From NCBI GenBank assembly GCA_009695275.1, contig SIBF01000004.1:1-53475 (forward strand): 53,475 nucleotides of DNA, given 5' to 3'. This DNA comes from Pedosphaera sp. Lineage in GTDB: Bacteria; Verrucomicrobiota; Verrucomicrobiia; Limisphaerales; F1-12-MAGs170. Under the pieces are notes generated by a model. The model did no database searches and was not told the DNA's origin. It worked only from the letters and a program-made list of their open reading frames with translations. This document shows, piece after piece, positions 10,242-20,116 of the stretch. Made by a program: the position numbers and the translations under genes. Each line of letters begins with the position of its first letter. The first letter of the stretch is position 1.

Positions 10242-12575
10242 ATGACTCTTCACCTTGTGTCCTTTGTTCATGCTCTCGCATTTGTTCGAGGATGCCACAG
10301 ATTTCTAATTTGCCTGGCGCTTCTCAAAGGCGTTTGGGGAAATGCCGGAACCGAGACTGCAAAGCACTGGGCCTTTCAACCAATCGTGCGGCCGGCGCTC
10401 CCCGCCGGAAACAGCACCAACGCCATCGACCGGTTTGTCCTCGCAAGGTTATTGAAGAGCGGTGGTCCGGTTTTTTCAGAAGCCAACAGGCGAACGTTGG
10501 TCCGCCGCCTCAGCTTCAATCTGCGCGGTTTGCCTCCATCACCGGCGGAAGTGTCGGAGTTCCTCGCGGATGTGGCACAGGACGCGTACGAACGGTTGGT
10601 GGAACGTTTCCTCGCCTCTCCGCAATACGGCGAGCGGTGGGGACGGCACTGGCTGGACATTGTGGGTTACGCCGACTCGAATGGTTATTTCAACGCGGAC
10701 ACGGATCGACCTCTGGCTTGGAAGTATCGAGATTACGTCGTCCGCTCGATTGCCGCGGACAAACCGGTGAATCGTTTCATCACAGAGCAAATTGCAGGCG
10801 ACGAGTTGGCCGGTTACATCGCGGGAGGTGACGTGACTCCGGAGATGACAGAGGCCCTGATCGCAACGCATTTCTGGCGCAACGCACCTGACGGCAGCGG
10901 TGAGAGCGACGGGAATCCGCTTGAAGTCAAAGTGGATAATTACGCGGTGCTCGAAGGAAACGTCCATCTGCTCGGCTCGGCGTTCCTCGGGCTGACACTT
11001 CAATGCGCACGGTGCCACGATCACAAGTTCGAGCCGCTAACTCAGGACGATTATTACGCTCTGCAAGCGATCATTCGTCCAGTGTTCGACCCAAGCCGCT
11101 GGATCAAGCCAGACGAGCGCGTGATCGAAGCTGGCACCCGCGCCGCGCGCGATGGCAACCATAAACTCACGGCTGAAGTGGAGCGCGACCTCAAGACCTT
11201 GAACGCAAGCCTCGAGGGGTTGATCGGGCCATTCCGCAGACAAATGATCGAGGAAAACCTGGCGAAGTTCGTGGAGCCGTTTCGCAAAGATCTCTTGAAG
11301 GCGATCGACACGAAGGAAAAGGACCGCACCGAGTTGATGAAGTCGCTCCTGAAAACCAACGCGACGTTGGTTGATCTGAGTGAGGATACCGTGTTCAAGC
11401 GGTTTCCCACGGCAGCAACCGCGGCTCAACCGCTCAAGGTCGAGCTTCAATCCAGGCAGGCGGCGAAGCCGGTGCCGTTGGAACGTATCTCGGCAACGTT
11501 CGAGTCCACGAATTCACCTCCCGCGCATCATCTGCTCGTGCGAGGGAATCACGCGAGCGAAGGGAAGGAAGTGGCTCCGGGATTACCTCTGGCATTGCGC
11601 GGAACTGCTCTGCCTGGCGAAGGCCCGGCAAGCCTCGCGTCCACGATTTCTTCAGGACGCCGACTCTCACTGGCGCGGTGGCTGACATCAGCGGAAAATC
11701 CGGTTGTCGCCCGCGTGCTGGTGAATCGCGTGTGGCATTACCATTTCGGGCGGGGAATCGTGAGCACGATTGAGAATCTTGGGCAGGCCGGTGCAAAGCC
11801 GGCCAACCCCGGGCTGCTGGACTGGCTGGCGAGCGAGTTTGTCCGCTCAGGCTGGAGTTTGAAACATCTCCATCGGCTGATCGTGACGAGCGCCGCCTAT
11901 CGACAGGCGAGTCAGGAAACATCAGGCGAACGTGAGTCAAGCATTGCTGTACCCGGCACTGACTCGCTGAACACTCCACCTCTGAACTCTGTGTCGGCAG
12001 GACTGCGCCGCCTCGACGCTGAATCGCTCCGCGACGCAATGCTCGCTGTGACCGGGGAACTCGACTTGAAGCAAGGTGGACCATACGTGCCTACAAAAGT
12101 TGATGGCGAGGGTCAGATCATCATTGATGAAGCCCTGCCTGGCGCGCATCGGCGCTCCGTTTACCTCCAGCAGCGCCGGACGCATCCGGTGGACTTCCTG
12201 GCCACGTTCGACGGCCCGGCGCACAACCCGGTTTGTGTCCAGCGCGTTCCCTCGACCGTGGCTCAACAGTCACTATCGCTGCTGAATTCGGAATTCATCC
12301 GGACTCGTGCCAGGGCTTTCGCCAAACGCCTTCTGAGCGGCACGAGCACCGACTCGATCAAAGATGTTGCGCAGAGCGAGGAGCATAGCCTCATCGAAAA
12401 TGCCTTCGATATTGCCTACAACCGTCCGCCAGGCCAGGAAGAACTGGCAGCGGCGGAGAGCTTTCTTCGCGCCCAAGCAGCGGTTTATCCCGATCACAAA
12501 ACTCCCCGCGAGCAGGTTTGGTCCGACTTTTGCCAGATGCTGCTGGCGAGCAATGCATTCATGTATGTCGATTGA
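10242..12575 (+). CDS. DUF1549/DUF1553 (PSCyt2/PSD1) domain protein
   Basis: CARCHDHKFEP motif and the shared blocks RWGRHWLD, ARVLVNRVWHYHFGRGIV and LHRLIVTSAAYRQ. Overlaps the downstream DUF1501 gene. Confidence 0.85.
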   Translation: MTLHLVSFVHALAFVRGCHRFLICLALLKGVWGNAGTETAKHWAFQPIVRPALPAGNSTNAIDRFVLARLLKSGGPVFSEANRRTLVRRLSFNLRGLPPSPAEVSEFLADVAQDAYERLVERFLASPQYGERWGRHWLDIVGYADSNGYFNADTDRPLAWKYRDYVVRSIAADKPVNRFITEQIAGDELAGYIAGGDVTPEMTEALIATHFWRNAPDGSGESDGNPLEVKVDNYAVLEGNVHLLGSAFLGLTLQCARCHDHKFEPLTQDDYYALQAIIRPVFDPSRWIKPDERVIEAGTRAARDGNHKLTAEVERDLKTLNASLEGLIGPFRRQMIEENLAKFVEPFRKDLLKAIDTKEKDRTELMKSLLKTNATLVDLSEDTVFKRFPTAATAAQPLKVELQSRQAAKPVPLERISATFESTNSPPAHHLLVRGNHASEGKEVAPGLPLALRGTALPGEGPASLASTISSGRRLSLARWLTSAENPVVARVLVNRVWHYHFGRGIVSTIENLGQAGAKPANPGLLDWLASEFVRSGWSLKHLHRLIVTSAAYRQASQETSGERESSIAVPGTDSLNTPPLNSVSAGLRRLDAESLRDAMLAVTGELDLKQGGPYVPTKVDGEGQIIIDEALPGAHRRSVYLQQRRTHPVDFLATFDGPAHNPVCVQRVPSTVAQQSLSLLNSEFIRTRARAFAKRLLSGTSTDSIKDVAQSEEHSLIENAFDIAYNRPPGQEELAAAESFLRAQAAVYPDHKTPREQVWSDFCQMLLASNAFMYVD

Positions 12576-14019
12576 TTCTCCGTTTCACTGCAATCGCCGC
12601 GCGTTTCTCCGGGCGTCCGCTGGAGGACTCGGTTCACTGGCGCTGTCCCATCTGTTCTCGCTCGATTCGACGGGTCAATCGATCTCATCCCACGCGATGT
12701 CAGGAGCACTGGACGCAGCCCTGCCTTTGGCCCCGAAACCGCCGCATCATTGTCCGCGCGCGAAGGCGGTGATTTGCCTTTTCCAGCATGGCGGGCCGAG
12801 CCAGATGGATTTGTTCGACGTCAAGCCGGAGCTGAACAAGCGTGATGGGCAGGATCATCCGGGCGAGCTGGAAATACATTTCGACAAACAGGCTGGTAAG
12901 CTTCTCAAGTCGCCCTTCGGATTCCGGCGGGCGGGCCAGTGCGGGATGGAGTTGTCCGAGTTGCTGCCACACACGGCAGGAATCGCCGACGAGATCACCC
13001 TGGTGCGTTCGATGAAGACCGATTCAGTGGATCACGAATCAGCGCTGCGCATCATTCATAGCGGAAAATTTCAAGCAGGCCGGCCCACATGGGGATCGTG
13101 GGTTCTTTACGGCCTCGGAACCGAACGGCAGGATCTGCCTGCGTACGTGGTGTTGAGCGATCCAGGCGGGCTGCCGGTGGATGGATTGAAGAACTGGACT
13201 TCCGGCTGGCTGCCGGCGGCTTACCAGGGAACTCAACTTCGCAGCGAAGGAACGCCGGTTTTCAACCTCGCTCCGCCGTCCGATGTGCCTGCCGAGGCTC
13301 GCGCCAATCAGCTCCGGTTGTTGGATTCATTGAATCATTCTCATGCCGGCTCCCATCCTGGAAATTCCGAGCTGACCGCACGCATCCGCAATTTCGAGAT
13401 CGCCGCTCGAATGCAGAGCGCCGTGACAGACGTGATGGATCTGTCGAAGGAGCCCGGGCACGTGAAACGTCTTTACGGCATGGATCACGCGAACAAGGCC
13501 ACGGCCAACTACGCCAGGCGTTGTCTGATGGCGCGACGGTTGGTGGAGCAAGGCGTCCGGTTTGTCCAAGTTTATCTGAGCGGTCAGCCGTGGGACACGC
13601 ACGACAAGAACGCCGAGAAACTGCGCGGTTTGTGTGAAATGACCGACCAGCCCAGCGCAGCCCTCGTGCTCGATCTGAAGCAACGCGGCCTGCTGGAAGA
13701 TACGATCGTGCTTTGGACCGGCGAATTTGGGCGGTTGCCCGTCTCACAAGGCAAGGATGGCCGCGATCATAATCGCCACGGCTTTTCATTGTGGCTCGCT
13801 GGCGGTGGCTTCAAGAAGGGCTACATCCATGGTGCCACCGATGACTTCGGATACCGCTCTGTGCAGGATGTGGTTCGTGTTTATGACCTCCACGCCACAC
13901 TTCTGCATGCACTGGGATTGGATCATCGCAAGTTGACCTGCCCGCACGAGGGACGGGACGACAGCCTGACAGACACGGTCGTGACGAACGCCGAAATTGT
14001 GAATCAACTGCTCGTGTGA
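12565..14019 (+). CDS. DUF1501 domain protein (sulfatase-fold), Tat signal
   Basis: Twin-arginine N-terminus NRRAFLRASAGGLGSLAL and GRDHNRHGFSLWLAGGG near the C-terminus. ATG 12565 overlaps the upstream stop by 11 nt; ATG 12553 is an alternative. The track ORF's 5' part (from 12364) is read-through inside the upstream gene. Confidence 0.85.
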   Translation: MSIDSPFHCNRRAFLRASAGGLGSLALSHLFSLDSTGQSISSHAMSGALDAALPLAPKPPHHCPRAKAVICLFQHGGPSQMDLFDVKPELNKRDGQDHPGELEIHFDKQAGKLLKSPFGFRRAGQCGMELSELLPHTAGIADEITLVRSMKTDSVDHESALRIIHSGKFQAGRPTWGSWVLYGLGTERQDLPAYVVLSDPGGLPVDGLKNWTSGWLPAAYQGTQLRSEGTPVFNLAPPSDVPAEARANQLRLLDSLNHSHAGSHPGNSELTARIRNFEIAARMQSAVTDVMDLSKEPGHVKRLYGMDHANKATANYARRCLMARRLVEQGVRFVQVYLSGQPWDTHDKNAEKLRGLCEMTDQPSAALVLDLKQRGLLEDTIVLWTGEFGRLPVSQGKDGRDHNRHGFSLWLAGGGFKKGYIHGATDDFGYRSVQDVVRVYDLHATLLHALGLDHRKLTCPHEGRDDSLTDTVVTNAEIVNQLLV

Positions 14020-14104
14020 GGCCGGTTAAAATCAGGATTCCCGTTTGACGGGTGCGTTCAGCGGGAGTTAAGTTGCCCCGCCATCCAACTCAACCCGATA
14101 CCTT

Positions 14105-14986
14105 ATGAGTAATCAAATGTCCCGCCGTTCCGCTTTGCGCAATCTCACCACTGGAGCCGCTGTCGCCGCCACCGCCACTTCACTTTCCCAACGACTGGGC
14201 GCTGCCGAAACGGCTCTGACCGGGATGAAGGGGCGCATTAACCATTCAGTCTGCAAGTGGTGCTACCCGAAGATCGAACTCAATGATCTCTGTGTGGCCG
14301 GAAAGAAGATGGGGCTGCAATCGGTCGAGCTGCTCGAAACCAAGGATTTTCCCACGCTCAAAAAGCACGGCCTCATCTGCGCGATGGTCAGCGGCGTGCC
14401 CGGTGGAATCGAGAACGGCCTCAATCGTTTGGCAAACCACGACAAAATCGTCGCATTCTATGAAGACGTGGCACCGAAGGTTGCGTCCGCTGGTTTCAAG
14501 AACATCATTTGTTTCTCCGGTAACCGCGGTGGGATGTCCGATGAGCAGGGCTTGGAAAACTGCGCCGTCGGCCTCAAGCGCATTACCGCCATTTGCGAAA
14601 AACATAACGTTGTCTCCGTCATGGAACTGCTGAACAGCAAGGTCAATCACAAGGATTACATGTGCGACCACACCAAATGGGGCGCGGAACTTTGCAAGCG
14701 CGTCGGCTCGGAACGCTTCAAACTGCTCTACGACATTTACCACATGCAGATCATGGAAGGTGACGTCATCCGCACCATTCGGGAAAGCCACCAGTACATC
14801 GCTCATTACCACACGGGCGGTGTCCCGGGCCGCAATGAGATTGATGAAACACAGGAACTCAATTACGCGACGATCATGAAAGCCATCACGGAAACCGGCT
14901 TCAAAGGGCACGTGGCTCAGGAGTTCATTCCCAAGCGCGATCCGCTCGCCTCGCTGGAACAGGGCGTCCGCATCTGCGATGTGTGA
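14105..14986 (+). CDS. Xylose-isomerase-like TIM-barrel protein (hydroxypyruvate isomerase / sugar phosphate isomerase-epimerase family), Tat signal
   Basis: MSRRSALRNLTTGAAVAATA signal. ELLN...NHKDY, LYDIYHMQIMEGD and HYHTGGVPGRNE are typical of the family. Confidence 0.75.
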   Translation: MSNQMSRRSALRNLTTGAAVAATATSLSQRLGAAETALTGMKGRINHSVCKWCYPKIELNDLCVAGKKMGLQSVELLETKDFPTLKKHGLICAMVSGVPGGIENGLNRLANHDKIVAFYEDVAPKVASAGFKNIICFSGNRGGMSDEQGLENCAVGLKRITAICEKHNVVSVMELLNSKVNHKDYMCDHTKWGAELCKRVGSERFKLLYDIYHMQIMEGDVIRTIRESHQYIAHYHTGGVPGRNEIDETQELNYATIMKAITETGFKGHVAQEFIPKRDPLASLEQGVRICDV

Positions 14987-15068
14987 CAATCCGGGAAGGC
15001 GGCCCTCATGTCATTTGTCAGCGGGTTTGCCCGTTGACGGTTCCTTACCCCTCCAGTTAACTCCGCAC

Positions 15069-15482
15069 ATGCGTCTGCTGTTCATTTTTGCGTTGGGAGC
15101 ATTGGCTCTCGCTGGATGTCGAAGTCCAAATTCAGCCGGGGATTCTTCCGCTCAATTTCAAGCGAAGCCTGAGCGCGTCTCGCCCAGGCGGGGCGATAAG
15201 CCAGCCGCCAACAGTCCTGCTCCACGCCCTCAGCCGCTGCCTCGAGTCACGCCGCTGAATGAATACTCCGGACGGATTGTCTCTGTGAATCCAAGCCTGA
15301 AAATTGTCGTTTTGGAATTTCCACTCGGCGGCTTCCCGCCATTGGACATGAAGATGAGCGCCTATCGACAGGGACAGAAAATGGCTGAGGTGAAAGTAAC
15401 GGGGCCTTCCCGCGATCAAAACATCGCCGGGGACATTCTGGCAGGCGAGGCGCAGGTGGGAGACGAAGTTCGTGGAAACTAG
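15069..15482 (+). CDS. Hypothetical lipoprotein
   Basis: MRLLFIFALGALALAGC lipobox at ATG 15069. Pro-rich linker. No recognisable domain. Confidence 0.5.
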   Translation: MRLLFIFALGALALAGCRSPNSAGDSSAQFQAKPERVSPRRGDKPAANSPAPRPQPLPRVTPLNEYSGRIVSVNPSLKIVVLEFPLGGFPPLDMKMSAYRQGQKMAEVKVTGPSRDQNIAGDILAGEAQVGDEVRGN

Positions 15483-15506
15483 CCTGCTTCGCCTCGTGCC
15501 CGTTCA

Positions 15507-16295
15507 TCAACGCTTCTTGCTCCGTCCGTCAGGCGCGACGTTCGGGTTCTGATGCTGCATGAACCACTCGTAGAGCGCCGGATTATTGTAGGATTCGGTC
15601 CAGGAGTCATGACCGGCATCAGGGTAAATGGTGAGTTTCGCGTCGTTTCCGATTTTGCGCAGTGAACTTACCATTTTCTCGGATTGCTCCAGTTTGACTG
15701 TGGAATCCTTTGCTCCGTGAAACGCCCAGACAGGAAGCTCCTTGAGCAGGCGCAGTCTCTTGCCTTCGGCCAGCAGGATGCCGAGATTGTCACCGCCGCC
15801 GCAGATCGGGGCAATCGCCGCGAACTTCTCCGGATACTTCAAACTCAGGCTCCATGAGCCGTATCCGCCCATGCTCAAACCCGTGAGATAAATCCGGCTT
15901 TGATCCACCTTATACTTGCGCGTCACTTCATCAAGCAACGTCAGCAAAACATCGATCGACCATGATTCACCCGGAGGGCACTGGGGGCTCACGACGATGA
16001 ACGGAAACTCGGGCTTCGATTGGACAATCTTGGGAGGTCCGTGAACAGCGACAATACTCAGGTTGGTGCCGCGCTCTCCGGCACCATGGAGAAACAGAAT
16101 CAGCGGCCAGCGTGTGGAGCCTCGAGGTTTGTAATCGTTCGGCAGATACAAGAGGTAGTCCGCCTCCACATTTTTGGTGATTCGTCGCTGAAAGTTTCGG
16201 GCTTGTTGGTTCTTCGGCATGGTATCCGCGCCTTGCAACGCGGAGAAAGTGAACCCAGCGACAGTGAGCAAAGCAAGTGTGGTTCGAATTCTCAT
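15507..16295 (-). CDS. Secreted alpha/beta hydrolase (esterase / PHB-depolymerase-like, dienelactone hydrolase fold)
   Basis: Signal MRIRTTLALLTVAGFTFSALQG (ATG 16295), nucleophile elbow GLSMGGYG, and FHGAKD...GHDSW. Confidence 0.75.
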   Translation of the reverse strand: MRIRTTLALLTVAGFTFSALQGADTMPKNQQARNFQRRITKNVEADYLLYLPNDYKPRGSTRWPLILFLHGAGERGTNLSIVAVHGPPKIVQSKPEFPFIVVSPQCPPGESWSIDVLLTLLDEVTRKYKVDQSRIYLTGLSMGGYGSWSLSLKYPEKFAAIAPICGGGDNLGILLAEGKRLRLLKELPVWAFHGAKDSTVKLEQSEKMVSSLRKIGNDAKLTIYPDAGHDSWTESYNNPALYEWFMQHQNPNVAPDGRSKKR

Positions 16296-16333
16296 GTTGT
16301 GTGACAGACTGAGGAAACCGAAAACGCGCCCTA

Positions 16334-17557
16334 ATGACAAGCATTCAAAACATTGTCAGCAAAGTGTGTTCTCTCACGGGCTTCTGTGCTTGTTTCCATC
16401 AAGGTCAATTGTTACCCGTAATCCATTCAAACAATCTGAAGACTGATCCTTCAAATCAACCGCCCCGCATCCCCGCGGTAATCTTCTGTGACGCAGCAGC
16501 CAGCGGTCTGAAAATCGCGGCGCTGACATTGCTCGACCGGCTGGTGGTGGCGGTGCATCGGGCGGGCGTTGATTCAATCGCGATTGTAACGCGCAGGGAA
16601 ACGCCGGCATTGAAGCGCGCCGCCGCACTCGGAATTGCTGTGCGAATTGTTTCTGAGTCGCCGGCTTTGGACAGCCCGGCACTCCTGGTTTATGGCAATG
16701 TCCTCGTTCAGGCTGTCGATATTCGGGCGTTGCTTCGGCAGGGTGGCCGCCTCACATCCGCCGATGGCACGCCGCTCCCCATTGGCATACTTCCGACGGG
16801 AGATCCGCCTGATGAAGCCGCTTTGGATCGTCTGCCGGAATGTTCGGCCACAGGAGTGGCCTTGCGCGTCAGCGATAGCGCCGGAGCTCGTCAAGCCGAG
16901 GCCGCGCTTTGGACATCGCTCACCAGTTCATCCGATGGACTCGTGGACAAAGTGTTCAATCGCCCGTGCGGCCGTTATTTTTCAAAACTCCTGATTCACA
17001 CGGCAATCAGTCCCAATGCCGTGTCGCTGACGTCCATTGGCATCGGCTTGGTGGCGGCGTGGTTCTTTGCAATGGGCAGCCACCAGGCCATGCTCCTGGC
17101 GGCAATTCTTTTTCAGTTTTCCGCCATAGTGGATTGCGTGGATGGCGACATCGCCCGGGTGTTGTTCAAGGAATCTCCTTTCGGCAAGTGGCTGGACCTG
17201 GCGGGTGACCAGGTCGTGCATGTCGCGGTGTTTGCGGCCATTGCCATCGGGTTGGCACGGACGGGTGAGTCGCCTTGGACACTCTGGCTGGGGATCAGCG
17301 CGGTGCTCGGGGCGGTACTGTCGTTCGTCGTAGTTGTTCGCGGCATGCGCCAGCCGGCGAATGACCGCAACCGGCTCCTTCAAAAATTGATCGATGCCGC
17401 CACAAACCGCGACTTCTCCGTGCTGGTTCTCGCACTGGCCTTCTTCAACCGGCTTGAATGGTTTCTCTGGATGTCAGCCATCGGCAGTCATCTGTTTTGG
17501 ATGACGGCGTTCATGATGCAATTCGGCTCACGGACAAGGGAACACCGGGCGCAATGA
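16334..17557 (+). CDS. CDP-alcohol phosphatidyltransferase with N-terminal nucleotidyltransferase-like (degenerate) domain
   Basis: Perfect CDP-OH transferase signature D-CV-DG-DI-AR-VLFKESPF-G-KWL-D-LAG-D in a multi-TM C-terminal half. The N-terminal ~190 aa is soluble (AVIFCDAAASGLKIAALTLLDRL) and resembles an NTP-transferase fold but lacks GxGxR. Start is uncertain. Confidence 0.75.
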   Translation: MTSIQNIVSKVCSLTGFCACFHQGQLLPVIHSNNLKTDPSNQPPRIPAVIFCDAAASGLKIAALTLLDRLVVAVHRAGVDSIAIVTRRETPALKRAAALGIAVRIVSESPALDSPALLVYGNVLVQAVDIRALLRQGGRLTSADGTPLPIGILPTGDPPDEAALDRLPECSATGVALRVSDSAGARQAEAALWTSLTSSSDGLVDKVFNRPCGRYFSKLLIHTAISPNAVSLTSIGIGLVAAWFFAMGSHQAMLLAAILFQFSAIVDCVDGDIARVLFKESPFGKWLDLAGDQVVHVAVFAAIAIGLARTGESPWTLWLGISAVLGAVLSFVVVVRGMRQPANDRNRLLQKLIDAATNRDFSVLVLALAFFNRLEWFLWMSAIGSHLFWMTAFMMQFGSRTREHRAQ

Positions 17558-18573
17558 AACTATTCTGGAAGGCCGCGGTTCTGCTGGCTGGGCTCGCTCT
17601 GTTTGGCTGGTACCTGACGAGCGCCGATTTACGATCGGTCGCCGAAGTGCTGGTTCGCCTCGGCTGGCTCGCACCGTTGATCCTCGTTCCTTACTTCGTT
17701 GTTTATGTGGTGGATTGTCTGGGTTGGAAGTTTTGCCTTCCGGCCGGACTGAAAGTTTCGTTTCCGACGCTCTTCCGCATTCGTTGGTCCGGTGAAGCGG
17801 TGAGTAATACCCTGCCATCCGCTTACGTCGGAGGTGAGTCGGTGAAAATTTATCTACTGCGAAAATACGGCGTTGCCTCCTCATTGGGTGCCACAAGCGC
17901 CGTCGTTTCAAAGACCGCGCAAACGGTGGCGCAAATGTTTTTCATTCTTCTGGCTGCCATTGCCTTCCTCAAACTCGCCGGCGAGAAGCCCGGACTTCGC
18001 GCCGGCATGATGATGGTGCTGGCCGGTGGTGTGGCTGTGCTGGCGGGACTTTTCTGGATTCAACGGCGCGGGTTGTTTGCCTCGCTGCTGACTCTCGTCA
18101 ATGCGCTCCATCTTAAGATTGCCTGGCTCGAAACCCGTCGGGCAAAGATCCTCGAGGTGGACGACACAATCACCTGCTTTTACCGGAATCATCGTTCTCG
18201 ATTCTGCGCTTCAACGGGCTTCTACTTTTGCGGCTGGATGCTGGACACGACGGAAATTTACCTTGTGTCGCAACTGCTCGGAATGCCCATCCTTTGGACG
18301 CAGGCCCTGGCAGTCGAAGCGTTCACCGGCGTGGCGAAAATGCTTGGCATGTGGGTGCCAGGATCATTTGGTATCCAGGAATCAGGCATAGTCATGCTAG
18401 GACGCCTCGCGGGATTGCCGGACACATTGAGCGTGGGCTATGCGCTCCTTCGCCGGGGCCGTGAAATTGTTTTTACGCTAGTCGGCTGGCTTTTGCTCTA
18501 TGGCAATCATGTCAGCCTGCGGGCGATCCGAAGCGGAGCCGTTTCCGCTGATAAACAATTGCCAGTTTATTGA
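17554..18573 (+). CDS. Flippase-like / lysylphosphatidylglycerol-synthase-TM-region (UPF0104) family membrane protein
   Basis: ATGA overlap with the upstream stop. About 8 TM segments. RIRWSGEAVSNTLPSAYVGGESVKIYLLRK is typical of the family. Confidence 0.7.
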   Translation: MKLFWKAAVLLAGLALFGWYLTSADLRSVAEVLVRLGWLAPLILVPYFVVYVVDCLGWKFCLPAGLKVSFPTLFRIRWSGEAVSNTLPSAYVGGESVKIYLLRKYGVASSLGATSAVVSKTAQTVAQMFFILLAAIAFLKLAGEKPGLRAGMMMVLAGGVAVLAGLFWIQRRGLFASLLTLVNALHLKIAWLETRRAKILEVDDTITCFYRNHRSRFCASTGFYFCGWMLDTTEIYLVSQLLGMPILWTQALAVEAFTGVAKMLGMWVPGSFGIQESGIVMLGRLAGLPDTLSVGYALLRRGREIVFTLVGWLLLYGNHVSLRAIRSGAVSADKQLPVY

Positions 18574-18593
18574 TCACAATTATCAAACAATTC

Positions 18594-19343
18594 ATGAACG
18601 CCATACTCTACGCCGCCGGACGAGCTCAACGATTGGGAAAGCTGGGGGAAGAACGCCCCAAGATCCTGATTGAAATCGGCGGCAAAAGCCTGCTGGAGCG
18701 TCATGTGGAAATCCTCGCCAAATGTCGCCTGCCGAAGCTGTTCGTCGTCACAGGCTACATGAGGGAACGATTTCAGCCGATCTTTCGAGATCTCCAATCC
18801 CGCTACGGCGTGGAGATCGCCGAATTGTTCAATGCCGACTTCACCGAAGGGAGCGCGTTGAGCATGCATGCCTCGCTGCTGGTGCTGGAGCAGGTCGAGA
18901 AAGACATTCTGCTCATGGACGGTGACGTGCTTTACGACGTGCGAATGTTGGAACGGTTGATTCATTCACCCCATCGCACAGCGCTCCTGGTGGACCGCGG
19001 CTACGCCACCACCGATGACGATCCGGTGCTGGTTCCGATGCGCAATGGGAAGCCATTCGACTTCGTCAAGAAATGGAGCGGAACCGCCGACAGCATCGGT
19101 GAATCCATTGGTTTCTTCAAAGTGTCCGCCTCTGACCTCCCGCTGTTGATTTCCGAAACCAAGGCTCGGAGCGTTGGTCTGGGGCGCGCCGATTCTTATG
19201 ACGCGATCCTTCAGATCCTTGTGAAGGCGGGCCTCTTCAGTGCCGAAGACGTCACTGGCCTTCCGTGGACGGAAATCGATTTTCCAGAAGATCTGGAGTA
19301 TGCAAATCGCGTTGTTCTGCCGGCATTGAAGCGGGCTGGCTGA
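18594..19343 (+). CDS. Nucleotidyltransferase (sugar-/alcohol-phosphate cytidylyl- or uridylyltransferase family)
   Basis: N-terminal AILYAAGRAQRLG...PKILIEIGGKSLLERH (GxGxRL-type signature). LMDGDVLYD and WTEIDFPEDLEYA are typical of the NTP_transferase fold. Confidence 0.75.
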   Translation: MNAILYAAGRAQRLGKLGEERPKILIEIGGKSLLERHVEILAKCRLPKLFVVTGYMRERFQPIFRDLQSRYGVEIAELFNADFTEGSALSMHASLLVLEQVEKDILLMDGDVLYDVRMLERLIHSPHRTALLVDRGYATTDDDPVLVPMRNGKPFDFVKKWSGTADSIGESIGFFKVSASDLPLLISETKARSVGLGRADSYDAILQILVKAGLFSAEDVTGLPWTEIDFPEDLEYANRVVLPALKRAG

Positions 19344-19371
19344 AGATTCGTGGTGAGGAGGACCAAGCCTG

Positions 19372-20049
19372 TCACTGGGAAATCTTCGACACGTGCAAAT
19401 CATCAAAGCGGATCGGCGTGCCGGCGAATGGGCTCCCCCAGATCCCGGACCTGCCGTTCGACGCTTCCTGCGCATCATCGAATTTAATGGCCCATTTCTC
19501 GGGCTCCTTGTCGCCCTGCATCCACACTTTTCCTTCGGCCGTCCACGCTCCGTCTTTGACTTTCCGGACCTGCAATTTGAGTTGAGTCCACTTGCTTGAT
19601 TGCCACTCGAAAGGGATTGTCGCTTTCAAAGATTCTCCACGGTAAAGCTCGACCGCCTTTTTCGCGGGAGCGACCTGGAGTCGGTATCCGCCCTGTCCGC
19701 CAGCACCGATACCGAAAGTCGGAAACCGTCGTCCCTTGCCTGTGCCAAAGATTCGGGCACTTACGCGAATATTCTCTTTCTCTGCCGGGCCAAATAATAC
19801 TCCGAATGTCTCCAACGGCGCGCCCGGCAGCTCGATGAACTTGTTCCCTTCCTCCGTTCGTATTTCAAATCCCCCTTCAAGCACGAGGAAATCCTCCGGC
19901 AGGGGGCCGGGCGCGGTTTTTTCAAAATTGTTTTCGTAAAGCGGCTTGCCGTCTTGAGCCTGCAGTCCCCATGCGAGCAGCGCGCTCAATCCCGCCGCCA
20001 TTCCGAATGTCCTCAATCTCATGTTCATCGTTCGCCTCATTTGCTTCAT
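19372..20049 (-). CDS. Secreted hypothetical protein (possible LamG/DUF1080-like jelly-roll)
   Basis: Signal MRLRTFGMAAGLSALLAWGLQA. Several candidate ATGs (20049, 20040, 20028, 20022). Lies directly downstream of the FtsX permease. Domain assignment is only by general resemblance. Confidence 0.45.
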   Translation of the reverse strand: MKQMRRTMNMRLRTFGMAAGLSALLAWGLQAQDGKPLYENNFEKTAPGPLPEDFLVLEGGFEIRTEEGNKFIELPGAPLETFGVLFGPAEKENIRVSARIFGTGKGRRFPTFGIGAGGQGGYRLQVAPAKKAVELYRGESLKATIPFEWQSSKWTQLKLQVRKVKDGAWTAEGKVWMQGDKEPEKWAIKFDDAQEASNGRSGIWGSPFAGTPIRFDDLHVSKISQ

Positions 20050-20116
20050 AACTTTCAACTTCTTGCTTGTGACTTTTTTCTCCTGACTCCCGTTACTTGA
20101 CTCCTGCTTTTCCACA

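Noticed and set aside
16334-19343. The lipid cluster as a lysyl-phosphatidylglycerol (MprF) system
   Set aside because: Only the TM/flippase-like region is present. There is no C-terminal aminoacyl-PG synthase domain. The neighbours are CDP-alcohol and nucleotidyl transferases.
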